DNA from: a virus
Strand: one strand, 5' to 3'
Length of the DNA stretch: 64,000 nt
IMG/VR virus record: IMGVR_UViG_3300049215_000802
Location: 14,533-78,532 of that record
Numbering within the stretch: position 1 is the first letter of the stretch; the number at the start of each line of letters is the position of its first letter. The position numbers were made by a program, and so were the translations under genes. This document shows, one piece after another, positions 9,553-18,570 of this stretch. The notes under the pieces were generated by a model, which saw nothing but the letters and a program-made list of their open reading frames with translations, ran no database searches and was not told where the DNA came from.

Positions 9553-9903
9553 TCACCACCCCGTTAGCGTCACGAGCGCGACCTGGAGCGCCGAGTTGTC
9601 GCCACTGAACCAAAGCTTTCCGTCGGATTGGATCCATCCCGCGACCGGGAAGGGCCCAAGCGCCTGGAATCCGCCGGCGGGAACCGCCGCCACGAGATCG
9701 CCCGTACGCAGACTGGGGTCACTCGACGACGTGACCGTCAGATTGTGCGCTGACGAATCGGTGTTCTGGACGACAATCACCTGACCGCCGGTTAGGACGC
9801 AGGCGTTGCCGTTGGCAACGTCAACCGCCGTGAAGGTGAGCGCCACGCCCGCAGTTGCGTAGGGTCCAGTCGCGACGGCCGGCGTTATGACAGTTCGCGC
9901 CAT
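9553..9903 (-). CDS. ~116 aa beta-rich putative virion protein (copy 2)
   Basis: MART start and DP.LRTGD / GPF...GW motifs shared with 6858-7214. Confidence 0.6.
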   Translation of the reverse strand: MARTVITPAVATGPYATAGVALTFTAVDVANGNACVLTGGQVIVVQNTDSSAHNLTVTSSSDPSLRTGDLVAAVPAGGFQALGPFPVAGWIQSDGKLWFSGDNSALQVALVTLTGW

Positions 9904-10104
9904 CTAGACCTCGCGCGTCCCAACGAGATTCCCGAAGCGGTCGTAGTGATTCAGCGTCGCCGTGATCCGCGCCGGCGGTTCGCCGTGGACCTTCTCCTGG
10001 TGCTCGATCATCGCCTCGCGGCTCAGCGTGTCGAACTGACAAAGCGCGCACTCAAAGAGCGGATGCTCTTGCCAGTTGCGCTCGACAAATGCTGCGTTTG
10101 CCAT
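9904..10104 (-). CDS. Small C2H2-type zinc finger protein
   Basis: FECALCQFDTLSREAMIEHQEKVH = C-x2-C-x12-H-x4-H; ATG at 10104 with GGAC-rich RBS. Confidence 0.6.
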   Translation of the reverse strand: MANAAFVERNWQEHPLFECALCQFDTLSREAMIEHQEKVHGEPPARITATLNHYDRFGNLVGTREV

Positions 10105-10111
10105 CGTGTCC

Positions 10112-12190
10112 TCACTTCCCCGTGCCGCGCAAATCAAGCGCAGTCAGCTGGAGCGCGATATTGTCCACGCTTACCAACAGCGTTCCGCCTGGACTCGCCC
10201 AGCCCGAAACGTGGAGTGGCCCCACCGCGACGGTTGTATTTGCCGGAATCGACTGGATGAGGTTGTTCGTTCGCCCTTGCGAGTCCGGATATGCGATGAC
10301 GGTGAGCATATGGGCGTTGTTGGCGTCGGTGTTGCGCGCTAGAAGAAGTTGCCGCCCGAGCATCGAGATCTGGACGCTCAGATTCGGATCGCCTGCTTGC
10401 CAAGTCAACGTCGCCCCGGTCGTGCCGTAGGGCGCAGTCGCCTTCACTGGCGTCATCTTGATCGGTAGGATCTCGTAGGGGCCGATCGTCGGCGTCACGC
10501 TAAACGGATGGCCGTCGTAGCCGAGCGAACTCGCGCTGGCGAACGTTCCGGCCAGGTACAGCGGCGAGCCGACCTGCTGGTGATAGTCGCCACCGGAGAA
10601 GTTGGCGAAGGACGGCGTCACGCCGAGCGCCCCGGTTTCCTTCGCCGCCTGCCACGCGCCCAGGTTCGCGTAGTTGGTTGCCTGGTAAACCCACGCGTTG
10701 TTCGCGAAGCCGGGAACGGAGTAGTAGTCGTTGGTGAAGAACGTCGCGGTTGACCCGTCGTTGCCGACCGACACGGCCGCTGTCGCCGCGCTCGCTCCCG
10801 TGACGTAGAGCAGGTTATTCGCGTACACGATGCCGCTGGCGGCGACGACCGTTCCTGACGGATCGTTTGCCGCCTTGAGGAAGATTGACCCGTTGCTCGT
10901 CGCGTCGAGCAGAACCAGATTGTTCGCGAAGATCGTGCCGACTGAGGCCTTCGCGTACAAGCAACTGGATCCGGCCAGGTTCGCGCCGTTGCTCACGAAG
11001 TTGACGATGTTGCCACACCACAGGTTCGGTATCCCGTTGTAGGTGCCGCCATAGTTGGTCCCGCAGTGCTTGTCGACCAATCCCAAGATCGTCCCGGTGA
11101 CCGTGTTCCCCCACGACAGGGCACCGCTCAACCACGCGATCAAGATGCCGTGGTTGCCGCCGGTCACGCTGTTCTGGCTGACCACGACGCCAGTCGCGCC
11201 GTTATATCCTGTCGGCCCAACCGGCCCCGCACTCGCCTGGGTGTCCGCGCCGACGATAATGCCGTGCCCGCCAAACGCGGTCGAGGCGGTGGGAAGCGTG
11301 ACGGTGTTTTTGTTGACGACCACACTCGTACTGGTCAGGCCGGTTGCCGAGACACCAACCGCGATGCCGTCGATCAGATTGCTCGTCGTCGCGGCTGTCT
11401 GCGCTACCGTGACGGCGTTGTTCTTGATCGCCAGCTGCGCGCCGATGTTGAACATCATCCCTTGCTGCGTGCCGCTCGTCGCAGCCGTGGAGACGTTGAC
11501 GTTGACGTTCTCGACGTCAACCGTCACACCGGCCGCGCCCGGGTTCGCCTGGAAGATGCCATAGGCGTTCGTGCTGACGCTCGATGCGAACGTGCCGGTG
11601 ATCGAGCCGTTCTTGATCGTGTAGACGTCAGTCGCGCTGCCCGGATCGAGGCGGATCGCCGCGCTGGTTGCATTCGAGCACGCCCCAACCGTCACGAGCC
11701 AGTTCGCATCGATCATCACGAACGCCGCGCACTTGAATACTCGGATGCCATACTGGGTGAAGTTGATCGCGTGGACGCCGATCAGCGTCAGTGACGATAG
11801 TTGGTTCGACGAATCGGTCGTGAGGCACCCGCTGTTTTGGCTGCGGCCGTCCAAGACGATCGTCGAGCCAGGGTCGCCCAGGATCGAGCCCTGCGCGGCC
11901 TGCGCGAAGTGGATGACCCGCGAATCGCTGTTCGTCGCGTCCTGGATGGTCGCGGTTAGCCCCGCGTCGGCCTTGATCGTCAGTTGCTTGCCGACGTTGA
12001 CGAACGCCGTCTCGGAGTACGTACCGGCGTTGAGGATGATCGTGTCGCCGTTCACCACGGCGCTGTTCCCGACAGCGCCGGCGAGCGTCAGCCATGGCGT
12101 GCTCTTGCTCTGTGCCTGCACCGACGTGTTGGAGTTGTTGCCAACGGCGTAGCCGTTCGTCGCTGCGTTCGAGACGTAGTACGTCGTCAT
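10112..12190 (-). CDS. Right-handed beta-helix (pectin-lyase-like) protein, putative depolymerase/spike, with C-terminal copy 3 of the repeated domain
   Basis: TYYVS...GNNSN...STPWLTLAGAV...GDTIILNAGTY start, followed by Asn/Gly/Thr-rich helical repeats. Confidence 0.75.
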   Translation of the reverse strand: MTTYYVSNAATNGYAVGNNSNTSVQAQSKSTPWLTLAGAVGNSAVVNGDTIILNAGTYSETAFVNVGKQLTIKADAGLTATIQDATNSDSRVIHFAQAAQGSILGDPGSTIVLDGRSQNSGCLTTDSSNQLSSLTLIGVHAINFTQYGIRVFKCAAFVMIDANWLVTVGACSNATSAAIRLDPGSATDVYTIKNGSITGTFASSVSTNAYGIFQANPGAAGVTVDVENVNVNVSTAATSGTQQGMMFNIGAQLAIKNNAVTVAQTAATTSNLIDGIAVGVSATGLTSTSVVVNKNTVTLPTASTAFGGHGIIVGADTQASAGPVGPTGYNGATGVVVSQNSVTGGNHGILIAWLSGALSWGNTVTGTILGLVDKHCGTNYGGTYNGIPNLWCGNIVNFVSNGANLAGSSCLYAKASVGTIFANNLVLLDATSNGSIFLKAANDPSGTVVAASGIVYANNLLYVTGASAATAAVSVGNDGSTATFFTNDYYSVPGFANNAWVYQATNYANLGAWQAAKETGALGVTPSFANFSGGDYHQQVGSPLYLAGTFASASSLGYDGHPFSVTPTIGPYEILPIKMTPVKATAPYGTTGATLTWQAGDPNLSVQISMLGRQLLLARNTDANNAHMLTVIAYPDSQGRTNNLIQSIPANTTVAVGPLHVSGWASPGGTLLVSVDNIALQLTALDLRGTGK

Positions 12191-12199
12191 CGGGGCTCC

Positions 12200-13651
12200 T
12201 TAGCTACTCGCCTTGCCGGTCGCGGCGAGCCGCGCCAGGACGTTCGCGGTGATCTGCTGGAGCCGACTATCCGCCGTGGCCTGATTGCCCGCCGGCAGGT
12301 AGTTGTCCAAACCCCAGGTCCAGGAGACGGTTCCCGCGCCAAACACGCCCGCTCCGCTCTTGTGCTGGTAGTAGGTGGAGTAGTGAGACGTATCACCTCC
12401 ACTCACCGAGATCCCCGTTGTCGAGGCGATCGTCTGGATGCCAGCGGGCGACGGCGCGCACACCGGCGTTCCGCCCGGCTGGAGCGTGTCAAACTCGTAG
12501 CCGACGATTCCCGCGATCGTGTCGTTGGTCGCCATCCCGGTCCCGGCGAACGCCCAGTTCGCGGCGTCCGCGCAGGTGAAGGCGACCGTCCCGTTGGCGG
12601 TGACGACGCCGCCAAAACCGACCCCGAACAGCGCGTTCGGCCAGTCGCCGTTCCATTGGGCGCGGCCGGCTCGTTCGGAAGTATCCGCGAGCGGATCCGC
12701 GTAAGGAAAGTGCTCGTAGCACTCGAACATTCGGCGCGGGCCGGTGTACTGGTCCGAATCGAGCCAGCGAATTCGCTTGTAGGCGGTGTTCGCGCAGAAC
12801 GCCCCGAGCGACGTCCCGTTGTCGCGCGCTTTCCGAAAAGCGTTCCACATCGTCTTAGACCAGTATTCGGCGTGCCCGGCGGTCAGGACGACTGCGTGCC
12901 GCCGCAGGACCGAGGGATCGTACTCGACGTCGGCGCACCCGACGTACGTGACGTCGTAGCCGTTCTTCTCGAGCCAGCGCACCCACTGGAGCTCCCAGTT
13001 GGTGAAGGCCTGGTTGAGCGCGGTCGTGTTGACCGTCCAGGGCCGATCGTAGCTTACCCGCGCACCGAAGTTTCCGGCGGTTGCCGCGTAGATGCTGTAC
13101 CCACCGACCGCCGAGTAGGCTTGCCAGGTCGTATCGTTGAACATATTGACGAACGTGCTCTGGCTAAACGGGTTGGTCACGATGAACGGCACCCAGGTCG
13201 GGAAGCTGCCGCTACCTTGGTAAATCCGGGCGAGATAAAGGCCGCTCACCCAGCTGTTCGGGATCGCCAGGGAGAAGCCGTGCTGATACTGAGCCGTGTA
13301 GTAGTTGTAGAGCACGCCGACCGAGCCACCGAGTGAGTAGGTCGTGTTGACCGTCGTGCTCGACAGCTTGTTCGTCGCGTTGAAGGAGATCGTCTGGATC
13401 TTGCGGCCACCCGCGCCGTTGTACCAGCCGAGCCGGTAGATGTCAGCGGTACAGGCTGCGGAATCGCTTGCGACGTAGAAGTTGATCGTGCCACCAAGGG
13501 CGACACTCATCGCGTCGGCGAACGCGGCCAGGTGCGCCTGGTTCGCGCCGGTGATGTTGTTCCAGGTGCTATCGCCGGCCAGGGCGTTCTCGACCTGGAT
13601 CGGGTTCGGCGCGGGAGACGGCGGGTTGATTGCGCTGACAGGATATGGCAT
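12200..13651 (-). CDS. N,N-dimethylformamidase beta-subunit-like (DUF6605-type) protein
   Basis: ENALAG...YRLGWY.G.GGR...SGLYLA...TWQAY...GG.SIY...VSYDRP...WLEKNGYDVTY...GHAEYWS motifs. Confidence 0.75.
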   Translation of the reverse strand: MPYPVSAINPPSPAPNPIQVENALAGDSTWNNITGANQAHLAAFADAMSVALGGTINFYVASDSAACTADIYRLGWYNGAGGRKIQTISFNATNKLSSTTVNTTYSLGGSVGVLYNYYTAQYQHGFSLAIPNSWVSGLYLARIYQGSGSFPTWVPFIVTNPFSQSTFVNMFNDTTWQAYSAVGGYSIYAATAGNFGARVSYDRPWTVNTTALNQAFTNWELQWVRWLEKNGYDVTYVGCADVEYDPSVLRRHAVVLTAGHAEYWSKTMWNAFRKARDNGTSLGAFCANTAYKRIRWLDSDQYTGPRRMFECYEHFPYADPLADTSERAGRAQWNGDWPNALFGVGFGGVVTANGTVAFTCADAANWAFAGTGMATNDTIAGIVGYEFDTLQPGGTPVCAPSPAGIQTIASTTGISVSGGDTSHYSTYYQHKSGAGVFGAGTVSWTWGLDNYLPAGNQATADSRLQQITANVLARLAATGKASS

Positions 13652-14220
13652 TAGGCCGTCGCCTCCGTCCACTCGATGTCCATATCGAGCAATTCACCAC
13701 CGGCGAGCGTTGCGCCATTCAAGTTGATCGCGAGCACGTCGGCCGTCCCGAACAGCTCGATCGCTTTGCCCGGTCGGTTCTCAAACGTCCACTCGATCCG
13801 ATCGCCCGGCGTCGTCGCGGCGGCAGCGGAAATGCCGAGCCGCGACGCCCGAATCGTGCCAACGGCTGTTCCAACGGACGGCGGCGTCGAGGTCCAGTTG
13901 TTCACCGTCGCGACGGCGGCAGGGCTGGTCTTGTTGTGCGGGACGGCCGTCATCGCGTTCGGCGTGCCGGACGTATCAGCAGCAGACCGCTTGATAAGGC
14001 AGACGGCGATCACCGCGCCAGACGTCGAGAAACCCGAGACGCCCACGCGGGTTACGCGAACGACCTTGCCGGCGGCACCAGCAATCGTGAGAACGTCGGT
14101 CGCGGCCGAGCCTGGCGTGTAGCCGACGACCGACGCCGAGTAGGTGTCGATCGTCGAATGGCCGAGCGCGGTGAGCCACGCCTCGGACGGATCGCCGGGC
14201 GCTCCCTGGTTGACGTACAT
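13651..14220 (-). CDS. Hypothetical virion-associated beta-sandwich protein
   Basis: 189 aa Ala/Thr/Gly-rich ORF, coupled to neighbours. Confidence 0.55.
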   Translation of the reverse strand: MYVNQGAPGDPSEAWLTALGHSTIDTYSASVVGYTPGSAATDVLTIAGAAGKVVRVTRVGVSGFSTSGAVIAVCLIKRSAADTSGTPNAMTAVPHNKTSPAAVATVNNWTSTPPSVGTAVGTIRASRLGISAAAATTPGDRIEWTFENRPGKAIELFGTADVLAINLNGATLAGGELLDMDIEWTEATA

Positions 14221-15650
14221 CAGACCGCCTCCTGGTAGCGCCGTAGCGCGAGCAACTGATTCGAGATCGCGCTAATCCGCCGTGACGACAGGGCGCTGTT
14301 GGCGTAGACGAACGGGCCGATCCATCCCTTGAACGGCGTCGTCAACGTCGCGTCTGGAATGATCCCGTAGCTGCCCTGGATCGCGCCCAACGTCGCCGGC
14401 GCTGCCTGGAGCATCAGGCCGTTCCCCGCCGTCCCGTTGACTGAGCCGACCAGGTAGCCGTCCTTGTACAGACAGGTCTTGTTCGGTCCCGCGCCGTAGG
14501 CAAACGTCATCGCCCAGACGTGATACTGCTTCGGGTTCTGGTTCAGCGCGATGTTCAGGTTCGCCGCCCCGCTATCTTCCTGAACCGACTGCCAGGTGTT
14601 CGCCGAGTTGACCCGGAACTGGCAAATCCACCCGCCGATCGTGCTGGAGATGTCGAGCAGGTAGCCCGACGTGCCCATCACCATATCGGACTTCGCGCCC
14701 AGAATGACGGTGTAACTAGACGTGCTCGGGTTGGCCGTGCCCAGGTCCAGCGCGTCCTTGTCGTAGAGCTCGAACGCGAAGCTGGTTCCGGTCTGCACCG
14801 TCCAGGACGAGCCGTTGTAGGTGGCGCGATTGAGACCGAACGTTCCGGCGACGTCGTAATACCAGTCGACGTGGTCCGATCCGTCGATGCCGGACGGCGA
14901 CGTGTACTCGATCACCACCCAGTAGGTCGTCCCCGCGACCAGCGACGGCCCAGTGTTGAAGGTCAGGCCGACCCACCCGGCCGAGGCGATCGAACTGTTC
15001 GCCAGGTTATTCGTCGTGCCCGACGTGATGACCGCGTTGGGCTGGCCGGCGTTGTCCGAGTAGATCTGGACGGCGATGTTGCCGCCGGGCGAGCCGGTCT
15101 TGCGAATGTAGACGCGAGCGAAGCCCAGGACACACGACGCGGGCGCGATGAACTGCTGCGCCAGCAGGTTCGTGTTTGCCGTCAGCGACGTGTCGTAGGT
15201 GCCGCCGACCGGGTTGGCGATCACCGGATCCTGGACGATGTACGCGGTCGATCCGTCCAGATAGGGGATCGGATGCGGCCCGCCTGGTTGTCCGAACAGG
15301 ACTTGACCGCGTGGGGAAAACGTCTTGTCGTAGTTGACGATATTGCGGAACGGCCCGCCCTCGAGCTCCCACATCGGCAGGACGCATTTCAGGTTCTGCA
15401 AGCCGATGTCGTCGATGATCTCTTCGTAGACGCGCGCCGCAACGTCACGCCACCCGCGTCGGGTGTACAGGTGACGGTGGCTGTCGATCCGTGGCTTGGC
15501 GACCCATCCTTTCGGAACTCGCAACGGATCGAAATCATTAGGCAGGTTGTATCCGAAATCGTCACCCGGATCGACCGGCACGCCGCCGCCGCTTGACGGA
15601 GATGCTGTCCGTCGAGCGGCTAGCAATTGTTCTGTGTTGAGGGTTGCCAT
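14220..15650 (-). CDS. LamG/concanavalin-like protein with choice-of-anchor-R-like insert
   Basis: LAQQFIAP...ARVYIRKTGSPGG.IAVQIYSDNAGQP insert; YHVWAMTF...LYKDGYLVG...FKGWIG..VY.NSALS lectin-like end. Confidence 0.6.
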   Translation of the reverse strand: MATLNTEQLLAARRTASPSSGGGVPVDPGDDFGYNLPNDFDPLRVPKGWVAKPRIDSHRHLYTRRGWRDVAARVYEEIIDDIGLQNLKCVLPMWELEGGPFRNIVNYDKTFSPRGQVLFGQPGGPHPIPYLDGSTAYIVQDPVIANPVGGTYDTSLTANTNLLAQQFIAPASCVLGFARVYIRKTGSPGGNIAVQIYSDNAGQPNAVITSGTTNNLANSSIASAGWVGLTFNTGPSLVAGTTYWVVIEYTSPSGIDGSDHVDWYYDVAGTFGLNRATYNGSSWTVQTGTSFAFELYDKDALDLGTANPSTSSYTVILGAKSDMVMGTSGYLLDISSTIGGWICQFRVNSANTWQSVQEDSGAANLNIALNQNPKQYHVWAMTFAYGAGPNKTCLYKDGYLVGSVNGTAGNGLMLQAAPATLGAIQGSYGIIPDATLTTPFKGWIGPFVYANSALSSRRISAISNQLLALRRYQEAV

Positions 15651-15662
15651 AACCAGCCTGCC

Positions 15663-16118
15663 TTACGGTTCGCTTCCCAGGATTGGCTCAACCGACGCCT
15701 GTACCGGCAGATCAGCACCTGGAATCTCGAACAGATCGCGATTGAAGAAGGGTACCGTCGAATCGGAATTGTCTTGCTGGACCTGCTTATCGCTAACCGA
15801 GATCCCGCCGGCGTATGGTGTGACCGTTTCGGTAAGAGCCCGACGGCGCAGCCGTACCGCCAAATCGAGATACTGCTTGTGCTGCTGACTGGCCGAGATC
15901 TTCAGGTCGCCAACCGCCTTATCCGCCTTGCGCGCGTAGTAGGCGGCAATACCGTTAGCCGCTTCCACCGCCGCGTAAAACGGTGTCGCATTCTCGGTCA
16001 GCAACCAATTGATCTCCGCGTCCTGAAGGATCGGGTCACTTGATTGGGTATCCCCAATGAGGAATCGCACCTGATCCTTCGTCGACGTCGAGGGATCCCC
16101 GCTATACGTCCAGGTCAC
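15663..16118 (-). CDS. Head-tail adaptor / connector
   Basis: GTG start; TWTYSGDP....DQVRFLIGDT...PILQDAEI motif. Confidence 0.75.
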   Translation of the reverse strand: MTWTYSGDPSTSTKDQVRFLIGDTQSSDPILQDAEINWLLTENATPFYAAVEAANGIAAYYARKADKAVGDLKISASQQHKQYLDLAVRLRRRALTETVTPYAGGISVSDKQVQQDNSDSTVPFFNRDLFEIPGADLPVQASVEPILGSEP

Positions 16119-16126
16119 AGCCCACC

Positions 16127-16624
16127 TTATGCCAGGAAGTAGGAGATGTAGAGCGTCCCGACGAAGCCAGCCGACGCGCCCGCGTCTGCCATCGACGCCG
16201 TAATCCACTTACCTGACGCGAGCTTGCCCGTCGATTTGCCGTTCGACCCCTTGTTCGAGAAGTTATCGAACTGACCCGTAGCCGAGTGAATGTCCGCGCC
16301 GTCGATCAGGTTGTCGGAGAGTGTCGTCGCGTTCGTGTTCGTAGTTCCGACGTCGATGTTGCACGCGGCCGACGCGACGACGGTCACATCGACGACCACA
16401 TCTTCGATGATGATGGCGGCGCCTTCGGGGTTTTGCCACGAGCCGAGACCGCCACCGGTGTCCGTACCGCCGGCCAGCGCGACGGCAACTGTCTTTGATG
16501 TGCGCCGCGCCGCCGCGCTTTGGCCGGCAATCGTATTGAGATCAGCTCCCGACGCCGTGAGTTTCGTGGTACCCAGCGCGAGATTGCCGACCTGGGCCGT
16601 CCCTTTGGTCAATCGGTTAGGCAT
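16127..16624 (-). CDS. Putative head decoration / fibre protein
   Basis: Gly/Ala/Thr-rich, immediately downstream of the capsid gene. Confidence 0.5.
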   Translation of the reverse strand: MPNRLTKGTAQVGNLALGTTKLTASGADLNTIAGQSAAARRTSKTVAVALAGGTDTGGGLGSWQNPEGAAIIIEDVVVDVTVVASAACNIDVGTTNTNATTLSDNLIDGADIHSATGQFDNFSNKGSNGKSTGKLASGKWITASMADAGASAGFVGTLYISYFLA

Positions 16625-16814
16625 GACGCACCTCCCGCGGTCGCCGTGTGCTCGCGGTAGGATCCTCCTCCGGCCGCACAATCACGTACCGACAGCGTCC
16701 TTGTTCGACGAGCTTCTGAGTATTCCGCCAGGACGTCGCATCGACGACCTGGCCGGGCCGCAGTGTCTCAGCTCCGGCCTGGATGGGCCGGAGCACCTCC
16801 ACCTGAATCTGCAT
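16617..16814 (-). CDS. Small phage protein after capsid gene
   Basis: 65 aa ORF with RBS, coupled to the next gene. Confidence 0.55.
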   Translation of the reverse strand: MQIQVEVLRPIQAGAETLRPGQVVDATSWRNTQKLVEQGRCRYVIVRPEEDPTASTRRPREVRHA

Positions 16815-16853
16815 CGTGCCGCTCCTCTCTGCCGATCAGATCGGCCTTAGCTA

Positions 16854-17798
16854 TCAGGCTGCCGAGTTGAAGTAGTAGCCGAGGTCCGAGCCAACAACGT
16901 GCTGGTCCCAGGCACTCTCACCCTCGACGCGGGTCGACTCGAGCCACTGCAGGTAGAAGCTCTTGATCCGGACGTTGCTCCCAAGTGCCGCGGCGAGGCC
17001 CTTCCACGCGAAGGTGTAGCCGCCACTCGGCATCCGGAGGCCCGGTCGCGGGTTGGCGTAGACCAGCAGTGCGTTGTTGCCCTGAACGAACGAGTACGCC
17101 TCGGTCTCGTTCTCGATGTTGGTCGCCTTCACCGCCTTGGCCACGAGGACGCGATCGACCTGGAACAGCCGCGCGAGCATGTCCTCAGTGATCGCGTCGG
17201 CCGTCGTGTACTTGTAGCGATCGACGACGTCCGGATGGTTCCGGAGGGCCTCAAAGACGTTGAAGCCAAGCACCAACGTGTTCGGGAGGTACCCGGTGTT
17301 CTGCAGCACCGTCGCCCGCCCGGTCTTGATGTCGGTGATCGGATCCGAGCTCGTGTAGTTGCTCCACGCCGTCGGCGTGACGTCGGTGCCCCAGATGCCC
17401 GTTCCGAAATACTGGCTGGTCCAGGTGATCTCCTGCTTGAGCAGAAGCTTCTGGGTGCACAGCAGTGTCGCGTCCTGGTCTGGGTCGAGCGGCTGGTCGG
17501 AGTTCTCGCGGGTCTGGTCCGGAACGTCTTCGTGCCACGCGTAGACGGTGCAGTTGTAGCTATCCGTGGTCAGGTTGTGACCACCGCCGGCCGATTCGCT
17601 TCCCGGCGCGCGCTCCTGCGCCTCGTCGCGGAACCAGTCGTTTTTGGTGTACTTGAAGTACAAGTCGCTCTTTTTGTCGACCGGAATGATGGGAAAGACC
17701 TTCGTGCTGATGAAATCTTTCTGGTCCTGAATGTACGCCGTGCTGATCATGGTCAGCGGTCGGTTTACATGGACCTGTTGTAAAGTAGGTTGCGGAAT
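16854..17798 (-). CDS. Major capsid protein, apparent ATT start
   Basis: AGGAGGT SD 8 nt before ATT-CCG-CAA-CCT (MPQPT..VHVNRPLT.ISTAY, typical capsid N-terminus); in-frame TAG just upstream; FPIIPVDKKSD.YF capsid motif. Confidence 0.85.
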   Translation of the reverse strand: MPQPTLQQVHVNRPLTMISTAYIQDQKDFISTKVFPIIPVDKKSDLYFKYTKNDWFRDEAQERAPGSESAGGGHNLTTDSYNCTVYAWHEDVPDQTRENSDQPLDPDQDATLLCTQKLLLKQEITWTSQYFGTGIWGTDVTPTAWSNYTSSDPITDIKTGRATVLQNTGYLPNTLVLGFNVFEALRNHPDVVDRYKYTTADAITEDMLARLFQVDRVLVAKAVKATNIENETEAYSFVQGNNALLVYANPRPGLRMPSGGYTFAWKGLAAALGSNVRIKSFYLQWLESTRVEGESAWDQHVVGSDLGYYFNSAA

Positions 17799-17813
17799 GG
17801 GATCCTACCTCCT

Positions 17814-17852
17814 AATGTCCACGTGGACATTCGAGACGATTTGCGATAGAAT
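17814..17852 (+). promoter_or_regulatory. Sigma70-type promoter for the HNH gene overlapped by an 18-bp perfect palindrome
   Basis: TGGACA(17824-29)-17 nt-TAGAAT(17847-52); palindrome AATGTCCACGTGGACATT at 17814-17831. Confidence 0.6.
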
Positions 17853-17871
17853 CAGGCTCGGAGGTAATCCC

Positions 17872-18570
17872 ATGCCGAGCCGCACACCCGTCGATGAGCA
17901 ACCCATCGTTGACAGCTACGCCCGCCTGCAGTCCGGCCGAGCCGTAGCGCGTGAACTTGGTATCCACGAAAACACCGTCTATGCCGTGCTCAGGCGGCAC
18001 CGTGGCGCCTGTGTTCGCTGCTCTGCACCCGTTGCTCCCGGCAAGAAGCACTGCCCGTCCTGCACCGAGTGGAATCGGGACCGAATGCGCGAACGGCGCA
18101 AGGAAGCCCGCCATCGCGGAATCTGTGTCGTCTGCGATAGGCCACGATCCCCCCTCTCGCGGAACTACTGTGAAGAGCATCGACTGGCCGATCTGGAAGC
18201 CGGCCGAGCCTACAATGAACGGCAAAAACTCAAGCGAGGAACCCCAGAAGATGGCATCCCCAGTAACCGACAGAGGGAGCGAGCACTTCGGGATCGTTAC
18301 GGCCCGGATGCTGTTGCCCTCTGGCGTGAGACCGGCGGAAAGTGTCAGTTGTGCGGAATCCAACACCGCCAACGCGCGGTCTGCCTGCACCATATCGACA
18401 GTGATCCCACTCACAACGAGCGAAGCAACTTCGCCCTGTTGTGCGTGATCTGCCATAAACTGGTGCATCTGCTGACCGAACATCCGAACCTTCCCGCCGT
18501 CCTCGATTGGGTAAAGCGAAGTCAGGCCGCGCGGTGCGGCGACGCGGAATTGATCAGCGCGGTGACGTAG
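17872..18570 (+). CDS. Free-standing HNH homing endonuclease (HTH + Cys ribbons + HNH), antisense to the head operon
   Basis: GGAGGT RBS; RAVARELGIHENTVY HTH; CQLCG...LHHIDSDPTHNERSNFALLCVICHKLVH. Its 3' end overlaps the 3' end of the cement gene. Confidence 0.85.
   Translation: MPSRTPVDEQPIVDSYARLQSGRAVARELGIHENTVYAVLRRHRGACVRCSAPVAPGKKHCPSCTEWNRDRMRERRKEARHRGICVVCDRPRSPLSRNYCEEHRLADLEAGRAYNERQKLKRGTPEDGIPSNRQRERALRDRYGPDAVALWRETGGKCQLCGIQHRQRAVCLHHIDSDPTHNERSNFALLCVICHKLVHLLTEHPNLPAVLDWVKRSQAARCGDAELISAVT

Noticed and set aside
569-15650. Diversity-generating retroelement or retron acting on tail/adhesin genes
   Set aside because: No reverse transcriptase and no template/variable repeat pair were seen in the window.
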